Positions 48,100 through 61,527 of a DNA stretch of 64,000 bases are shown here, in pieces (position 1 is the first letter of the stretch; each line of letters begins with the position of its first letter). The notes below the pieces were generated by a model, which was not told the DNA's origin, searched no databases, and worked only from the letters and a program-made list of their open reading frames with translations. The stretch comes from Eledone cirrhosa. Lineage: Eukaryota. A program made the translations under genes and the position numbers. Location: contig OZ024742.1 in NCBI GenBank assembly GCA_964016885.1, positions 215,636,001 to 215,700,000 of the forward strand, given 5' to 3'.

Positions 48100-51000
48100 T
48101 TTTGGCTGTAGTTGTTGGTGGTGGTGGTGTTTAGGCTGTTGTTGTTGTTGGTGGTGATGGTGTTTTGGCTGGTGTTGTTGGTGGTGGTGTTTTGACTGTA
48201 GTTGTTGGTGGTGGTTTTGTTTCGGCTGTTGTTGTTGTTGTTGGTGGTGGTGTTTTAGCTGTTGTTGTTGTTGGGGGTGGTGTTTTAGTTGTTGTTTTTG
48301 GTGGTGGTAGTGTTTTGGCTGTTGATGTTGTTGATGGTGGTGTTTTGGCTGTTGTTGTTGGTGGTGGTGTTTTGGCTGTTGTTGTTGGTGGTGGTGGTGT
48401 TTTGGCTGTTGTTGTTGGTGGTGGTGGTGTTTTGGATATTTTTGTTGTTGGTGGTGTTTTGGCTGTAGTTGTTGTTGGTGGTGGTGTTTTGGCTGTAGTT
48501 GTTGGTGGTGGTGTTTTACCTGTTGTTGTTGTTGGTCGTTGTGTTTTGGCTGTAGTTGTTGGTGGGTTTTTGTTTTGGCTGTTTTTGTTGTTGTTGGTGG
48601 TGGTGTTTTAGTTTTTGTTTTTGTTGGTGGTGGTGTTTTAGCTCTTGTTGTCGTTGGTGGTGTTTTATCTGTTGTTGTCGTTGGTGGTGATGGTGTTTTG
48701 GCTGTTGATGTTGTTGGTGGAGGTGTTTTGGCTGTTGTTGTTGTTGGTGGTGGTGGTGTTCTGGCTGTAGTTGTTGGTGCTGGTGTTTTGGCTGTAGTTG
48801 TTATAGGTGGTGGTGTTTTTGGTGGTGGTGTTTTGGCTGTTGTTGTTGTTGGTGGAGGTGTTTTGGCTGTTGTTGTTGGTGGTGGTGTTTTGGTTGTTGT
48901 TGTTGGTGGCGGTGTTGTGGCTGTTTTTGTTGTTGGTGGTTGTGTTTTGGCTGTAGTTGTTGATGGTGGAGTTTTGGCTGTTGTTGTTGGTGGTGGAGCT
49001 GTTTTGGCTGCTGTTGTTCGTGGTGGTGCTTTGGCTGTTGTTGTTATCGGTGGTGGTGTTTTGGCTGTTGTTGTTGGTGGTGGTGTTTTGGTGGTAGTTG
49101 TTGGTGGTGGTGGTGTTTTGACTGTAGTTGTTGTTGGTTGTGGTGTTTTCGCTGTTGTAGTTGTTGTTGGTGGTGGTGGTGTTTTGGCTGGTGTTGTTTT
49201 GGCTGTAGTTGTTGTTGGTGTTGGTGGTGTTTTGGCTGTTGTTGGTGGTGGTGTTGGTTTTTGGCTGTTGTTGTTGGTGGTTGTGTTTTGGCTGTTGTTG
49301 GTGGTGGAGGTGTTTTGGCTGTTGTTGTTGGTGGTGGTGTTGCTTTGGCTGCAGTTGTTGTTGTTGGTGGTGGTGTTTTAGCTGCTGTTGTTGTTGGTGG
49401 TGTTGTTTTGGCTGTAGTTGTTGTTGGTGGTGTAGGTGTTTTGGCTGCAGTTGTTGTAGGTGGTGGTGTTTTAGCTGCTGTTTTTGTTGGTGGTTGTGTT
49501 TTGGCTGTAGTTGTTGGTGGTGGTTGTGTTTTGGCTGTAGTTGTTGGTGGTGGTGGTGTTTTGGCTGTTGTTGTTGTTGGTGGTGATGGTGTTTTGGCTG
49601 CTGTTGTTGGTGGTGGTGTTTTGACTGTAGTTGTTGGTCGTGGTTTTGTTTTGTTCTGTTGTTGTTGGTGGTGGTGGTGTTTTAGCTGTTGTTGTTGTTG
49701 GGGGTGGTGTTTTAGTTGTTGTTTTTGGTGGTGGTAGTGTTTTGGCTGTTGTTGTTGTTGATGGTGGTGTTTTGGCTGTTGTTGTTGGTGGTGGTGTTTT
49801 GGCTGTTGTTGTTGTTGGTGGTGGTGGTGTTTTTGCTGTTGTTGTTGTTGGTGGTGGTGTTTTGGCTGTTGTTGTTGTTGGTGGAGGTGTTTTGGCTATT
49901 TTTGTTGTTGGTGGTATTTTGGATGTTGTTGTTGTTGGTGGTGGTGTTTTGGCTGTAGTTGTTGTTGGTGGTGGTGTTTTGGCTGTTGTTGTTGGTGGTT
50001 GTGGTGTTTTGGATATTTTTGTTGTTGGTGGTGTTTTGGCTGTAGTTGTTGTTGGTGGTGGTGTTTTGGCTGTAGTTGTTAGTGGTGGTGTTTTACCTGT
50101 TGTTGTTGTTGGTCGCTGTGTTTTGGCTGTAGTTGTTGGTGGTGGTTTTGGTTTGGCTGTTGTTGTTGTTGTTGGTGGTGGTGTTTTAGTTTTTGTTGTT
50201 GTTGTTGTTGGTGGTGGTGTTTTAGCTGTTGTTGTTGTTGGTGATGTAGTTTTAGTTGTTGTTGATGGTGGTGTTTTGGCTGTTGTTGTTGGTGGTGGTA
50301 TTTTGGCTGTTGTTGTTGCTGGTGGTGGTGTTTTGGCTGTTGTTGTTGTTGGTGGTTGTGTTTTGGCTTTTGTTGTTGGTGGTGGTGTTTTGGCTGTTGT
50401 TATTGTTGGTGGTGGTGTTATTGCTGGTGTTGTTGTTGGTGGTGGTGTTTTGGCTGTAGTTGTTGTTGGTGGTGGAGTTTTGGCTATAGTTGTTGGTCGT
50501 GGTGTTCTGGTTGTTGTTGATGGAGGATGTGTTTTGGCTGTTGTTGTTTGTGGTAGTGGTGTTTTAGCTGTTGTTGTTCTTGGTGGTGGTGGTGTTTTGG
50601 CTGTTGTTGTTGTTGATGGTGCTGTTTTGTTTGTTGTTGTTGTTGGTGGAGGTGTTTTGGCTGTTGTTTTTGTTGGTGGTGGTGTTTGAGCTCTTGTTGT
50701 CGTTGGTGGTGTTTTATCTGTTGTTGTCGTTGGTGGTGATGGTGTTTTGGCTGTTGTTGTTGTTGGTGGAGGTGTTTTGGCTGTTGTTGTTGTTGGTGGT
50801 GGTGGTGTTTTGGCTGTAGTTGTTGGTGGTGGTGGTGTTTTTGGTGGTGGTGTTTTGGCTGTTGTTGTTGTTGGTGGAGATGTTTTGGCTGTTGTTGTTG
50901 GTGGTGGTGTTTTGATTGTTGTTGTTGGTGGCGGTGTTGTGGCTGTTGTTGTTATTGGTGGTTGTGTTTTGGCTGTAGTTGTTGATGGTGGAGTTTTGGC

Positions 51001-54000
51001 TGTTGTTGTTGGTGGTGGAGGTGTTTTGGCTGTTGTTGTTCGTGGTGGTGCTTTGGCTGTTGTTGTTATTGGTGGTGGTGTTTTGGCAGTTGTTGTTGGT
51101 GGTGGTGTTTTGGTGGTAGTTGTTGTTGGTGGTGGTGTTTTGGCTGTAGTTGTTGTTGGTGGTGGTGTTTTGGCTATAGTTGTTGGTGGTGGTGTTTTGG
51201 TTGTTGTTGATGGTGGAGGTGTTTTGGCTGTTGTTGTTTGTGGTGGTGGTGTTTTAGCTGTTGTTGTTCTTGGTGGTGGAGGTGTTTTGGCTGTTGTTTT
51301 TGTTGGTGGTGGTGTTTTAGCTCTTGTTGTCGTTGGTGGTGTTTTATCTGTTGTTGTCGTTGGTGGTGATGGTGTTTTGGCTGTTGTTGTTGTTGGTGGT
51401 GGTGTTTTGGCTGTTGTTTTTGTTGGTGGTGGTGGTGTTCTGGCTGTAGTTGTTGGTGCTGGTGTTTTGGCTGTAGTTGTTATTGGTGGTGGTGTTTTTG
51501 GTGGTGGTGTTTTGGCTGTTGTTGTTGTTGGTGGAGGTGTTTTGGCTGTTGTTGTTGGTGGTGGTGTTTTGGTTGTTGTTGTTGGTGGCGGTGTTGTGGC
51601 TGTGTTTGTTGTTGGTGGTTGTGTTTTGGCTGTAGTTGTTGATGGTGGAGTTTTGGCTGTTGTTGTTGGTGGTGGAGGTGTTTTGGCTGTTGTTGTTCGT
51701 GGTGGTGCTTTGGCTGTTGTTGTTATTGGTGGTGGTGTTTTGGCTGTTGTTGTTGGTGGTGGTGTTTTGGTGGTAGTTGTTGGTGGTGGTGGTGTTTTGG
51801 CTGTAGTTGTTGTTGGTTGTGGTGTTTTCGCTGTTGTAGTTGTTGTTGGTGGTGGTGGTGTTTTGGCTGGTGTTGTTTTGGCTGTAGTTGTTGTTGGTGT
51901 TGGTGGTGTTTTGGCTGTTGTTGGTGGTGGTGTTGGTTTTTGGCTGTTGTAGTTGGTGGTTGTGTTTTGGCTGTTGTTGGTGGTGGAGTTTCGGCAGTTG
52001 TTGTTGGTGGTGGAGGTGTTTTGGCTGTTGTTGTTGGTGGTGGTGTTGCTTTGGCTGCAGTTGTTGTTGTTGGTGGTGTTTTAGCTGCTGTTGTTGTTGG
52101 TGGTGTTGTTTTGGCTGTAGTTGTTGTTGGTGGTGTAGGTGTTTTGGCTGCAGTTGTTGTAGGTGGTGGTGTTTTAGCTGTTGTTTTTGTTGGTGGTTGT
52201 GTTTTGGCTGTAGTTGTTGGTGGTGGTTGTGTTTTGGCTGTAGTTGTTGGTGGTGGTGGTGTTTTGGCTGTTGTTGTTGTTGGTGGTGGTGTTTTAGCTG
52301 TTGTTGTTGTTGGGGGTGGTGTTTTAGTTGTTGTTTTTGGTGGTGGTAGTGTTTTGGCTGTTGTTGTTGTTGATGGTGGTGTTTTGGCTGTTATTGTTGG
52401 TGGTGTTTTGGCTGTTGTTGTTGTTGGTGGTGGTGGTGTTTTTGCTGTTGTTGTTGTTGGTGGTATTTTGGATGTTGTTGTTGGTGGTGGTGGTGTTTTG
52501 GCTGTAGTTGTTGTTGGTGGTGGTGTTTTGGCTGTTGTTGTTGGTGGTTGTGGTGTTTTGGATATTTTTGTTGTTGGTGGTGTTTTGGCTGTAGTTGTTG
52601 TTGGTGGTGGTGTTTTGGCTGTAGTTGTTGGTGGTGGTGTTTTACCTGTTGTTGTTGTTGGTCGCTGTGTTTTGGCTGTAGTTGTTGGTGGTGGTTTTGT
52701 TTTGGCTGTTGTTGTTGTTGTTGGTGGTGGTGTTTTAGTTGTTGTTGTTGTTGTTGGTGGTGGTGGTGTTTTAGCTGTTGTTGTTGTTGGTGATGTTGTT
52801 TTTAGTTGTTGTTGATGGTGGTGTTTTGGCTGTTGTTGTTGGTGGTGGTATTTTGGCTGTTGTTGTTGCTGGTGGTGGTGTTTTGGCTGTTGTTGTTGTT
52901 GGTGGTTGTATTTTGGCTTTTGTTGTTGGTGGTGGTGTTTTGGCTGTTGTTGTTGGTGGTGGTGGTGTTATTGCTGGTGTTGTTGTTGGTGGTGGTGTTT
53001 TGGCTGTAGTTGTTGTTGGTGGTGGTGTTTTGGCTATAGTTGTTGGTCGTGGTGTTTTGGTTGTTGTTGATGGTGGATGTGTTTTGGCTGTTGTTGTTTG
53101 TGGTGGTGGTGTTTTAGCTGTTGTTGTTCTTGGTGGTGGTGGTGTTTTGGGTGTTGTTTTTGTTGATGGTGCTGTTTTGTTTGTTGTTGTTGTTGGTGGT
53201 GGAGGTGTTTTGGCTGTTGTTTTTGTTGGTGGTGGTGTTTTAGCTCTTGTTGTCGTTGGTGGTGTTTTATCTGTTGTTGTCGTTGGTGGTGATGTTGTTT
53301 TGGCTGTTGTTGTTGTTGGTGGAGGTGTTTTGGCTGTTGTTGTTGGTGGTGGTGGTGGTGTTTTGGCTGTAGTTGTTGGTGGTGGAGATGTTTTGGCTGT
53401 TGTTGTTGGTGGTGGTGTTTTGGCTGTTGTTGTTGTTGGTGGAGATGTTTTGGCTGTTGTTGTTGGTGGTGGTGTTTTGATTGTTGTTGTTGGTGGCGGT
53501 GTTGTGGCTGTTGTTGTTATTGGTGGTTGTGTTTTGGCTGTAGTTGTTGATGGTGGAGTGTTGGCTGTTGTTGTTGGTGGTGGAGGTGTTTTGGCTGTTG
53601 TTGTTCGTGGTGGTGCTTTGGCTGTTGTTGTTATTGGTGCTCGTGTTTTGGCTGTTGTTGTTGGTGGTGGTGTTTTGGTGGTAGTTGTTGGTGGTGGTGG
53701 TGTTTTGGCTGTAGTTGTTGTTGGTGGTGGTGTTTTGGCTATAGTTGTTGGTCGTGGTGTTTTGTTTGTTGTTGATGGTGGAGGTGTTTTGGCTGTTGTT
53801 GTTTGTGGTGGTGGTGTTTTAGCTGTTGTTGTTCTTGGTGGTGGAGGTGTTTTGGCCGTTGTTTTTGTTGGTGGTGGTGTTATAGCTCTTGTTGTCGTTG
53901 GTGGTGTTTTATCTGTTGTTGTCGTTGGTGGTGATGGTGTTTTGGTTGTTGTTGTTGTTGGTGGAGGTGTTTTGGCTGTTGTTGTTGTTGGTGTTGGTGG

Positions 54001-57000
54001 TGTTCTGGCTGTAGTTGTTGGTGCTGGTGTTTTGGCTGTAGTTGTTATTGGTGGTGGTGTTTTTGGTGGTGGTGTTTTGGCTGTTGTTGTTGTTGGTGGA
54101 GGTGTTTTGGCTGTTGTTGTTGGTGGTGGTGTTTTGGTTGTTGTTGTTGGTGGCGGTGTTGTGGCTGTTTTTGTTGTTGGTGGTTGTGTTTTGGCTGTAG
54201 TTGTTGATGGTGGAGTTTTGGCTGTTGTTGTTGGTGGTGGAGGTGTTTTGGCTGTTGTTGTTCGTGGTGGTGCTTTGGCTGTTGTTGTTATTGGTGGTGG
54301 TGTTTTGGCTGTTGTTGTTGGTGGTGGTGTTTTGGTGCTAGTTGTTGTTGGTGGTGGTGTTTTGGCTGTAGTTGTTGTTGGTTGTGGTGTTTTCGCTGTT
54401 CTAGTTGTTGTTGGTGGTGGTGGTGTTTTGGCTGGTGTTGTTTTGGCTGTAGTTGTTGGTGTTGGTGGTGTTTTGGCTGTTGTTGGTGGTGGTGTTGGTT
54501 TTTGGCTGTTGTTGTTGGTGGTTGTGTTTTGGCTGTTGTTGGTGGTGGAGTTTCGGCTGTTGTTGTTGGTGGTGGAGGTGTTTTGGCTGTTGTTGTTGGT
54601 GGTGGTGTTGCTTTGGCTGCAGTTGTTGTTGTTGGTGGTGGTGTTTTAGCTGCTGTTGTTGTTGGTGGTGTTGTTTTGGCTGTAGTTGTTGTTGGTGGTG
54701 TAGGTGTTTTGGCTGCAGTTGTTGTAGGTGGTGGTGTTTTAGCTGTTGTTTTTGTTGGTGGTTGTGTTTTGGCTGTAGTTGTTGGTGGTGGTTGTGTTAT
54801 GGCTGTAGTTGTTGGTGGTGGTGGTGTTTTGGCTGTTGTTGTTGTTGTTGGTGGTGATGGTGTTTTGGCTGCTGTTGTTGGTGGTGGTGTTTTGACTGTA
54901 GTTGTTGGTCGTGGTTTTGTTTTGGCTGTTGTTGTTGGTGGTGGTGGTGTTTTAGCTGTTGTTGTTGTTGGGGGTGGTGTTTTAGTTGTTGTTTTTGGTG
55001 GTGGTAGTGTTTTGGCTGTTGTTGTTGTTGATGGTGGTGTTTTAGCTGTTGTTGTTGGTGGTGGTGTTTTGGCTGTTGTTGTTGTTGGTGGTGGTGGTGT
55101 TTTTGCTGTTGTTGTTGTTGGTGGTGGTGTTTTGGCTGGTGTTGTTGTTGGTGGTGGTGTTTTGGCTATTTTTGTTGTTGGTGGTATTTTGGATGTTGTT
55201 GTTGTTGGTGGTGGTGTTTTGGCTGTAGTTGTTGGTGGTGGTGGTGTTTTGGCTGTTGTTGTTGGTGGTTGGGGTGTTTTGGATATTTTTGTTGTTGGTG
55301 GTGTTTTGGCTGTAGTTGTTGATGGCGGTGGTGTTTTGGCTGTAGTTGTTGGTGGTGGTGTTTTACCTGTTGTTGTTGTTGGTCGCTGTGTTTTGGCTGT
55401 AGTTGTTGGTGGTGGTTGTGTTTTGGCTGTTGTTGTTGTTGTTGTTGGTGGTGGTGTTTTAGTTGTTGTTGTTGTTGTTGGTGGTGGTGGTGTTTTAGCT
55501 GTTGTTGTTGTTGGTGATGTTGTTTTTAGTTGTTGTTGATGGTGGTGTTTTGGCTGTTGTTGTTGGTGGCGGTATTTTGGCTGTTGTTGTTGCTGGTGGT
55601 GGTGTTTTGGCTGTTGTTGTTGTTGTTGGTGGTTGTGTTTTGGCTTTTGTTGTTGGTGGTGGTGTTTTGGCTGTTGTTGTTGGTGGTGGTGGTGTTATTG
55701 CTGGTGTTGTTGTTGGTGGTGGTGTTTTGGCTGTAGTTGTTGTTGGTGGTGGTGTTTTGGCTGTAGTTGTTGGTGGTGGTGTTTTACCTGTTGTTGTTGT
55801 TGGTCGCTGTGTTTTGGCTGTAGTTGTTGGTGGTGGTTGTGTTTTGGCTGTTGTTGTTGTTGTTGTTGGTGGTGGTGTTTTAGCTGTTGTTGTTGTTGGT
55901 GATGTTGTTTTTAGTTGTTGTTGATGGTGGTGTTTTGGCTGTTGTTGTTGGTGGTGGTATTTTGGCTGTTGTTGTTGCTGGTGGTGGTGTTTTGGCTGTT
56001 GTTGTTGTTGGTGGTGGTTGTGTTTTGGCTTTTGTTGTTGGTGGTGGTGTTTTGGCTGTTGTTGTTGGTGGTGGTGGTGTTATTGCTGGTGTTGTTGTTG
56101 GTGGTGGTGTTTTGCTGTAGTTGTTGTTGGTGGTGGTGTTTTGGCTATAGTTGTTGGTCGTGGTGTTTTAGTTGTTGTTGATGGTGGATGTGTTTTGGCT
56201 GTTGTTGTTTGTGGTGGTGGTGTTTTAGCTGTTGTTGTTCTTGGTGGTGGTGGTGTTTTGGCTGTTGTTGTTGTTGATGGTGCTGTTTTGTTTGTTGTTG
56301 TTGTTGGTGGAGGTGTTTTGGCTGTTGTTTTTGTTGGTGGTGGTGTTTTAGCTCTTGTTGTCGTTGGTGGTGTTTTATCTGTTGTTGTCGTTGGTGGTGA
56401 TGGTGTTTTGGCTGTTGTTGTTGTTGGTGGAGGTGTTTTGGCTGTTGTTGTTGTTGGTGGTGGTGGTGTTTTGGCTGTAGTTGTTGGTGGTGGTGGTGTT
56501 TTTGGTGGTGGTGTTTTGGCTGTTGTTGTTGTTGGTGGAGATGTTTTGGCTGTTGTTGTTGGTGGTGGTGTTTTGATTGTTGTTGTTGGTGGCGGTGTTG
56601 TGGCTGTTGTTGTTATTGGTGGTTGTGTTTTGGCTGTAGTTGTTGATGGTGGAGTTTTGGCTGTTGTTGTTGGTGGTGGAGGTGTTTTGGCTGTTGTTGT
56701 TCGTGGTGGTGCTTTGGCTGTTGTTGTTATTGGTGGTGGTGTTTTGTCTGTTGTTGTTGGTGGTGGTGTTTTGGCTGTAGTTGTTGTTGGTGGTGGTGTT
56801 TTGGCTGTTGTTGTTGTTGGTGGTCGTGGTGTTTTAGCTGTTGTTGTTGTTGGGGGTGGTGTTTTAGTTGTTGTTTTTGGTGGTGGTAATGTTTTGGCTG
56901 TTGTTGTTGTTGATGGTGGTGTTTTGGCTGTTGTTGTTGGTGTAGGTGTTTTGGCTGTTGTTGTTGGTGGTGGTGGTGGTGTTTTGGCTGTTGTTGTTGG

Positions 57001-59400
57001 TGGTCGTGGTGTTTTGGATATTTTTGTTGTTGGTGGTGTTTTGGCTGTAGTTGTTGTTGGTGGTGGTGTTTTGGCTGTAGTTGTTGTTGGTGGTGGTATT
57101 TTGGCTGTTGTAGTTTTGTTGGTGGTGGTGGTGTTTTGGCTGGTGTTGTTTTGGCTGTAGTTGCAGTTGGTGGTGGTGGTGGTGTTTTGGCTGTTGTTGG
57201 TGGTGGTGTTGGTTTTTGGCTGTTGTTGTTGGTGGTTGTGTTTTGGCTGTTGTTGTTGGTGGTGGTGTTGCTTTGGCTGCAGTTGTTGTTGTTGGTGGTG
57301 GTGTTTTACCTGCTGCTGTTGTTGGTGGTGTTGTTTTGGCTGTAGTTGTTGGTGGTGGTTGTGTTTTGGCTGTAGTTGTTGTTGGTGGTGGTGTTTTGGC
57401 TGTTGTTGTTGTTGGTGGTGATGGTGTTTTGGCTGGTGTTGTTGGTGGTGGTGTTTTGACTGTAGTTGTTGGTGGTGGTTTTGTTTTGGCTGTTGTTGTT
57501 GTTGGTGGTGGTGGTGGTTTAGCTGTTGTTGTTGTTGGGGGTGGTGTTTTAGTTGTTGTTTTTGCTGGTGGTAGTGTTTTGGCTGTTGTTGTTGTTGATG
57601 GTGGTGTTTTGGCTGTTGTTGTTGGTGGTGGTGTTTTGGCTGTTGTTGTTGGTGGTGGTGGTGTTTTGGCTGTTGTTGTTGGTGGTCGTGGTGTTTTGGA
57701 TATTTTTGTTGTTGGTGGTGTTTTGGCTGTAGTTGTTGTTGGTGGTGGTGTTTTGGCTGTAGTTGTTGGTGGTGGTGTTTTACCTGTTGTTGTTGTTGGT
57801 CGTTGTGTTTTGGCTGTAGTTGTTGGTGGTGGTTTTGTTTTGGCTGTTGTTGTTGTTGTTGGTGGTGGTGTTTTAGTTGTTGTTGTTGTTGGTGGTGGTG
57901 TTTTAGCTGTTGTTGTTGTTGGTGATGTTGTTTTAGTTGTTGTTGATGGTGGTGTTTTGGCTGTTGTTGTTGGTGGTGGTGTTTTGGCTGTTGTTGTTGC
58001 TGGTGGTGTTTTGGCTGTTGTTGTTGGTGGTGGTGTTTTGGCTGTTGTTGTTGCTGGTGGTGGTGTTTTGGCTGTTGTTGTTGTTGGTGGTTGTGTTTTG
58101 GCTTTTGTTGTTGGTGGCGGTGTTTTGGCTGGTGTTGTTGTTGGTGGTGGTGTTATTGCTGTTGTTGTTGTTGGTGGTGGTGTTTTGGCTGTAGTTGTTG
58201 TTGGTGGTGGTGTTTTGGCTATAGTTGTTGGTCGTGGTGTTTTGGTTGTTGTTGATAGTGGAGGTGTTTTGGCTGTTGCTGTTTGTGGTGGTGGTGTTTT
58301 AGCTGTTGTTGTTCTTGGTGGTGGAGGTGTTTTGGCTGTTGTTTTTGTTGGTGGTGGTGTTTTAGCTCTTGTTGTCGTTGGTGGTGTTTTATCTGTTGTT
58401 GTCGTTGGTGGTGATGGTATTTTGGCTGTTCTTGTTGTTGGTGGAGGTGTTTTGGCTGTTGTTGTTGGTGGTGGTGGTGGTGTTTTGGCTGTAGTTGTTG
58501 GTGGTGGTGTTTTGGCTGTAGTTGTTATTGGTGGTGGTGTTTTTGGTGGTGGTGTTTTGGCTGTTGTTGTTGTTGGTGGAGGTGTTTTGGCTGTTGTTGT
58601 TGGTGGTGGTGTTTTGATTGTTGATGTTGGTGGCGGTGTTGTGGCTGTTTTTGTTGTTGGTGGTTGTGTTTTGGCTGTAGTTGTTGGTGGTGGAGGTGTT
58701 TTGGCTGTTGTTGTTCGTGGTGGTGCTTTGGCTGCTGTTGTTATTGGTGGTGGTGTTTTGGCTGTTGTTGTTGGTGGTGGTATTTTGGTGGTAGTTGTTG
58801 GTGGTGGTGGTGTTTTGGCTGTAGTTGTTGTTGGTGGTGGTGTTTTGGCTGTTGTTGTTGTTGGTGATGGTGGTGTTTTGGCTGGTGTTGTTTTGGCTGT
58901 AGTTGTTGTTGTTGGTGGTGGTGTTTTGGCTGTTGTTGGTGGTGGTGTTGGTTTTTGGCTGTTGTTGTTGGTGGTTGTGTTTTGGCTGTTGTTGGTGGTG
59001 GAGTTTCGGCAGTTGTTGTTGGTGGTGGAGGTGTTTTGGCTGTTGTTGTTGGTGGTGGTGTTGCTTTGGCTGCAGTTGTTGTTGTTGGTGGTGGTGTTTT
59101 AGCTGCTGTTGTTGTTGGTGGTGTTGTTTTGGCTGTAGTTGTTGTTGGTGTTGTAGGTGTTTTGGCTGCAGTTGTTGTAGGTGGTGGTGTTTTAGCTGTT
59201 GTTTTGTTGGTGGTTGTGTTTTGGCTGTAGTTGTTGGTGGTGGTTGTGTTTTGGCTGTAGTTGTTGGTGGTGGTGGTGTTTTGGCTGTTGTTGTTGGTGG
59301 TGGTGGTGTTGTTTTAGCTGTTGTTGTTGTTGGGGGTGGTGTTTTAGTTGTTGTTTTTGGTGGTGGTTGTGTTTTGGCTGTTGTTGTTGTTGATGGTAGT
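48100..59400. repeat. Diverged ~2.6-kb higher-order repeats in the PT array
   Basis: Similar ORFs start at 49138, 51817 and 54382. The GGTTTTTGGCT landmark is at 49256, 51935, 54497 and 57211 (spacings 2679, 2562, 2714). Confidence 0.75.
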
Positions 59401-61527
59401 GTTTTGGCTGTTGTTGTTGGTGGTGGTGTTTTGGCTGTTGTTGTTGTTGGTGGAGGTGTTTTGGCTGTTGTTGTTGCTGGTGGTTGTGTTTTGGCTTTTG
59501 TTGCTGGTGGTGGTGTTTTGTCTGTTGTTGTTGGTGGTGGTGGTGTTTTTGCTGTTGTTGTTGTTGGTGGTGGTGTTTTGGCGGTAGTTGTTGTTGGTGG
59601 TGGTGTTTTGGCTGTAGTTGTTGGTCGTGGTGTTTTGGTTGTTGTTGCTGGTGGAGATGTTTTGGCTGTAGTTGTTTGTGGTGGTGGTGTTTTAGCTGTT
59701 GTTGTTGTTGGTGGTGGTGGTGTTTTGGCTGTTGTTGTTGTTGATGGTGCTGTTTTGGTTGTTGTTGTTGTTGGTGGAGGTGTTTTAGCTCTTGTTGTCG
59801 TTGGTGTTTTATCTGTTGTTGTCGTTGGTGGTGGTGGTGGTGTTTTGGCTGTAGTTGTTGGTGGTGGCGTTTTGGCTGTAGTTGTTATTGGTGGTGGTGT
59901 TTTTGGTGGTGGTGTTTTGGCTGTTGTTGTTGTTGGTGCAGGTGTTTTGGCTGTTGTTGTTGGTGGTGGTGTTTTGATTGTTGTTGTCGGTGGAGGTGTT
60001 TTGGCTGGTGATGTGGGTGGTGGAGGTGTTTTGGCTGTTGTTGTTGTTGGTGGTGGTGTTTTGGGTGTTGTTGTTGTTGGTTGTGGTGTTTTGGCTGTTG
60101 TTGTTGGTGGTGGTGGTGTTTTGGCTGTAATTGTTGTTGTTGGTGGTGTTTTAGTTGTTGTTTTTGGTGGTGGTTGTGTTTTGGCTGTGGTTGTTTTTGA
60201 TGGTGGTGTTTTGGCTGTTGTTGTTGCTGGTGGTGTTTTGGCTGTAGTTGTTGGTGGTGGTGGTGTTTTGGCTGTTGTTGTTGTTGGTGGTGGTGTTTTG
60301 GCTGCTGTTGTTGGTGGAGGTGGTGTTTTGGCTGTTGTTGTTGGTGGTGGTGGTGTTTTGGCTGTTGTTGTTGGTGGTGGTGGTGTTTTTGGTGGTGGTG
60401 TTGTTTTGGCTGTAGTTCTTGTTGTTGGTGGTGGTGGTGTTTTGGCTGTTGTTGTTGTTGGTGGTGTGTTTTCGCTGTAGTTGTTGTTGGTGGTTGTGTT
60501 TTCGCTGTTGTTGTTGTTGGTGGTGGTGTTTTGGCTGTTGTTGTTATTGGTGGTGTTATTTTGGATGTTGTTGTTGTTGGTGGTGGTGTTTTGACTGTTT
60601 CTGTTGTTGTTGGTGTTTTGGTTGTAGTTGTTGTTGCTGGTGGTGTTTTGGCTGTAGTTGTTGGTGGTGGTGGTGTTTTGCCTGATTTTGTTGTTGGTGG
60701 TGGTGTTTTGGCTGTTGTTATTGTTGGTGGTGGAGGTGTTTTGGCTGAAGTTGTTGGTGGTGGTGGTGGTGTTTTGGGTGGTGTTGTTGTTGGTGGTGGT
60801 GGTGGTGTTTTGGCTGTTGTTGTTGGTGGTGGTGGTATTTTGGCTGTTGTTGTTGGTGGAGGTGGTGTTTTGGCCGTTGTTGTTGGTGGTGGTGGTGTTT
60901 TGGCTGTTGTTGTTGTTGGTGGTGGTGTTTTGGCTGTTGTTGTTGGTGGTGGTGTTATGGCTGTTGTTGTTGGTGGTGGTTGTGTTTTGGCTGTAGATGT
61001 TGGTGGTGGTGGTGTTATTGCTGTTGTTGTTGTTGGTGGTGTTGTTTTGGCTGTAGTTGTTGTTGGTGGTGGTGTTTTGGCTGTAGTTGTTGGTCGTGGT
61101 GTTTTGGTTGTTGTTGTTGTTGGTGGAGGTGTTTTGGCTGTAGTTGTTGGTGGTGGTGGTGTTTTATCTGTTGTTGTTGTTGGTGGTGGTGTTTTGGCTG
61201 CTGTTGTTGTTGTTGGTGGTGTTTGGCTGTTGTATTTTGTTGGTGGTGGTGTTTTGGCTGTAGTTGTTGGTGGTGGTGTTTGGCTGTTGTTGTTCTCGTC
61301 GGTGGAGGTGTTTTTGCTGTTGATGTTGTTGGTTGTGGTGGTGTTTTGGCTGTAGATTTTGTTGTTGTTGGTGGTGTTTTGGCTGTAGTTGTTGTTGTTG
61401 ATAGTGTTGTTTTTGCTGGTGTTGTTGGTGGTGGTGTTTTGGCTGTTATTGTTGGTGGAGGTGTATTGGCTGTAGTTGTTGGTGGTGGTGGTGTTTTGGC
61501 TGTTGTTGATGGTGGGGTGGTGGTGTT

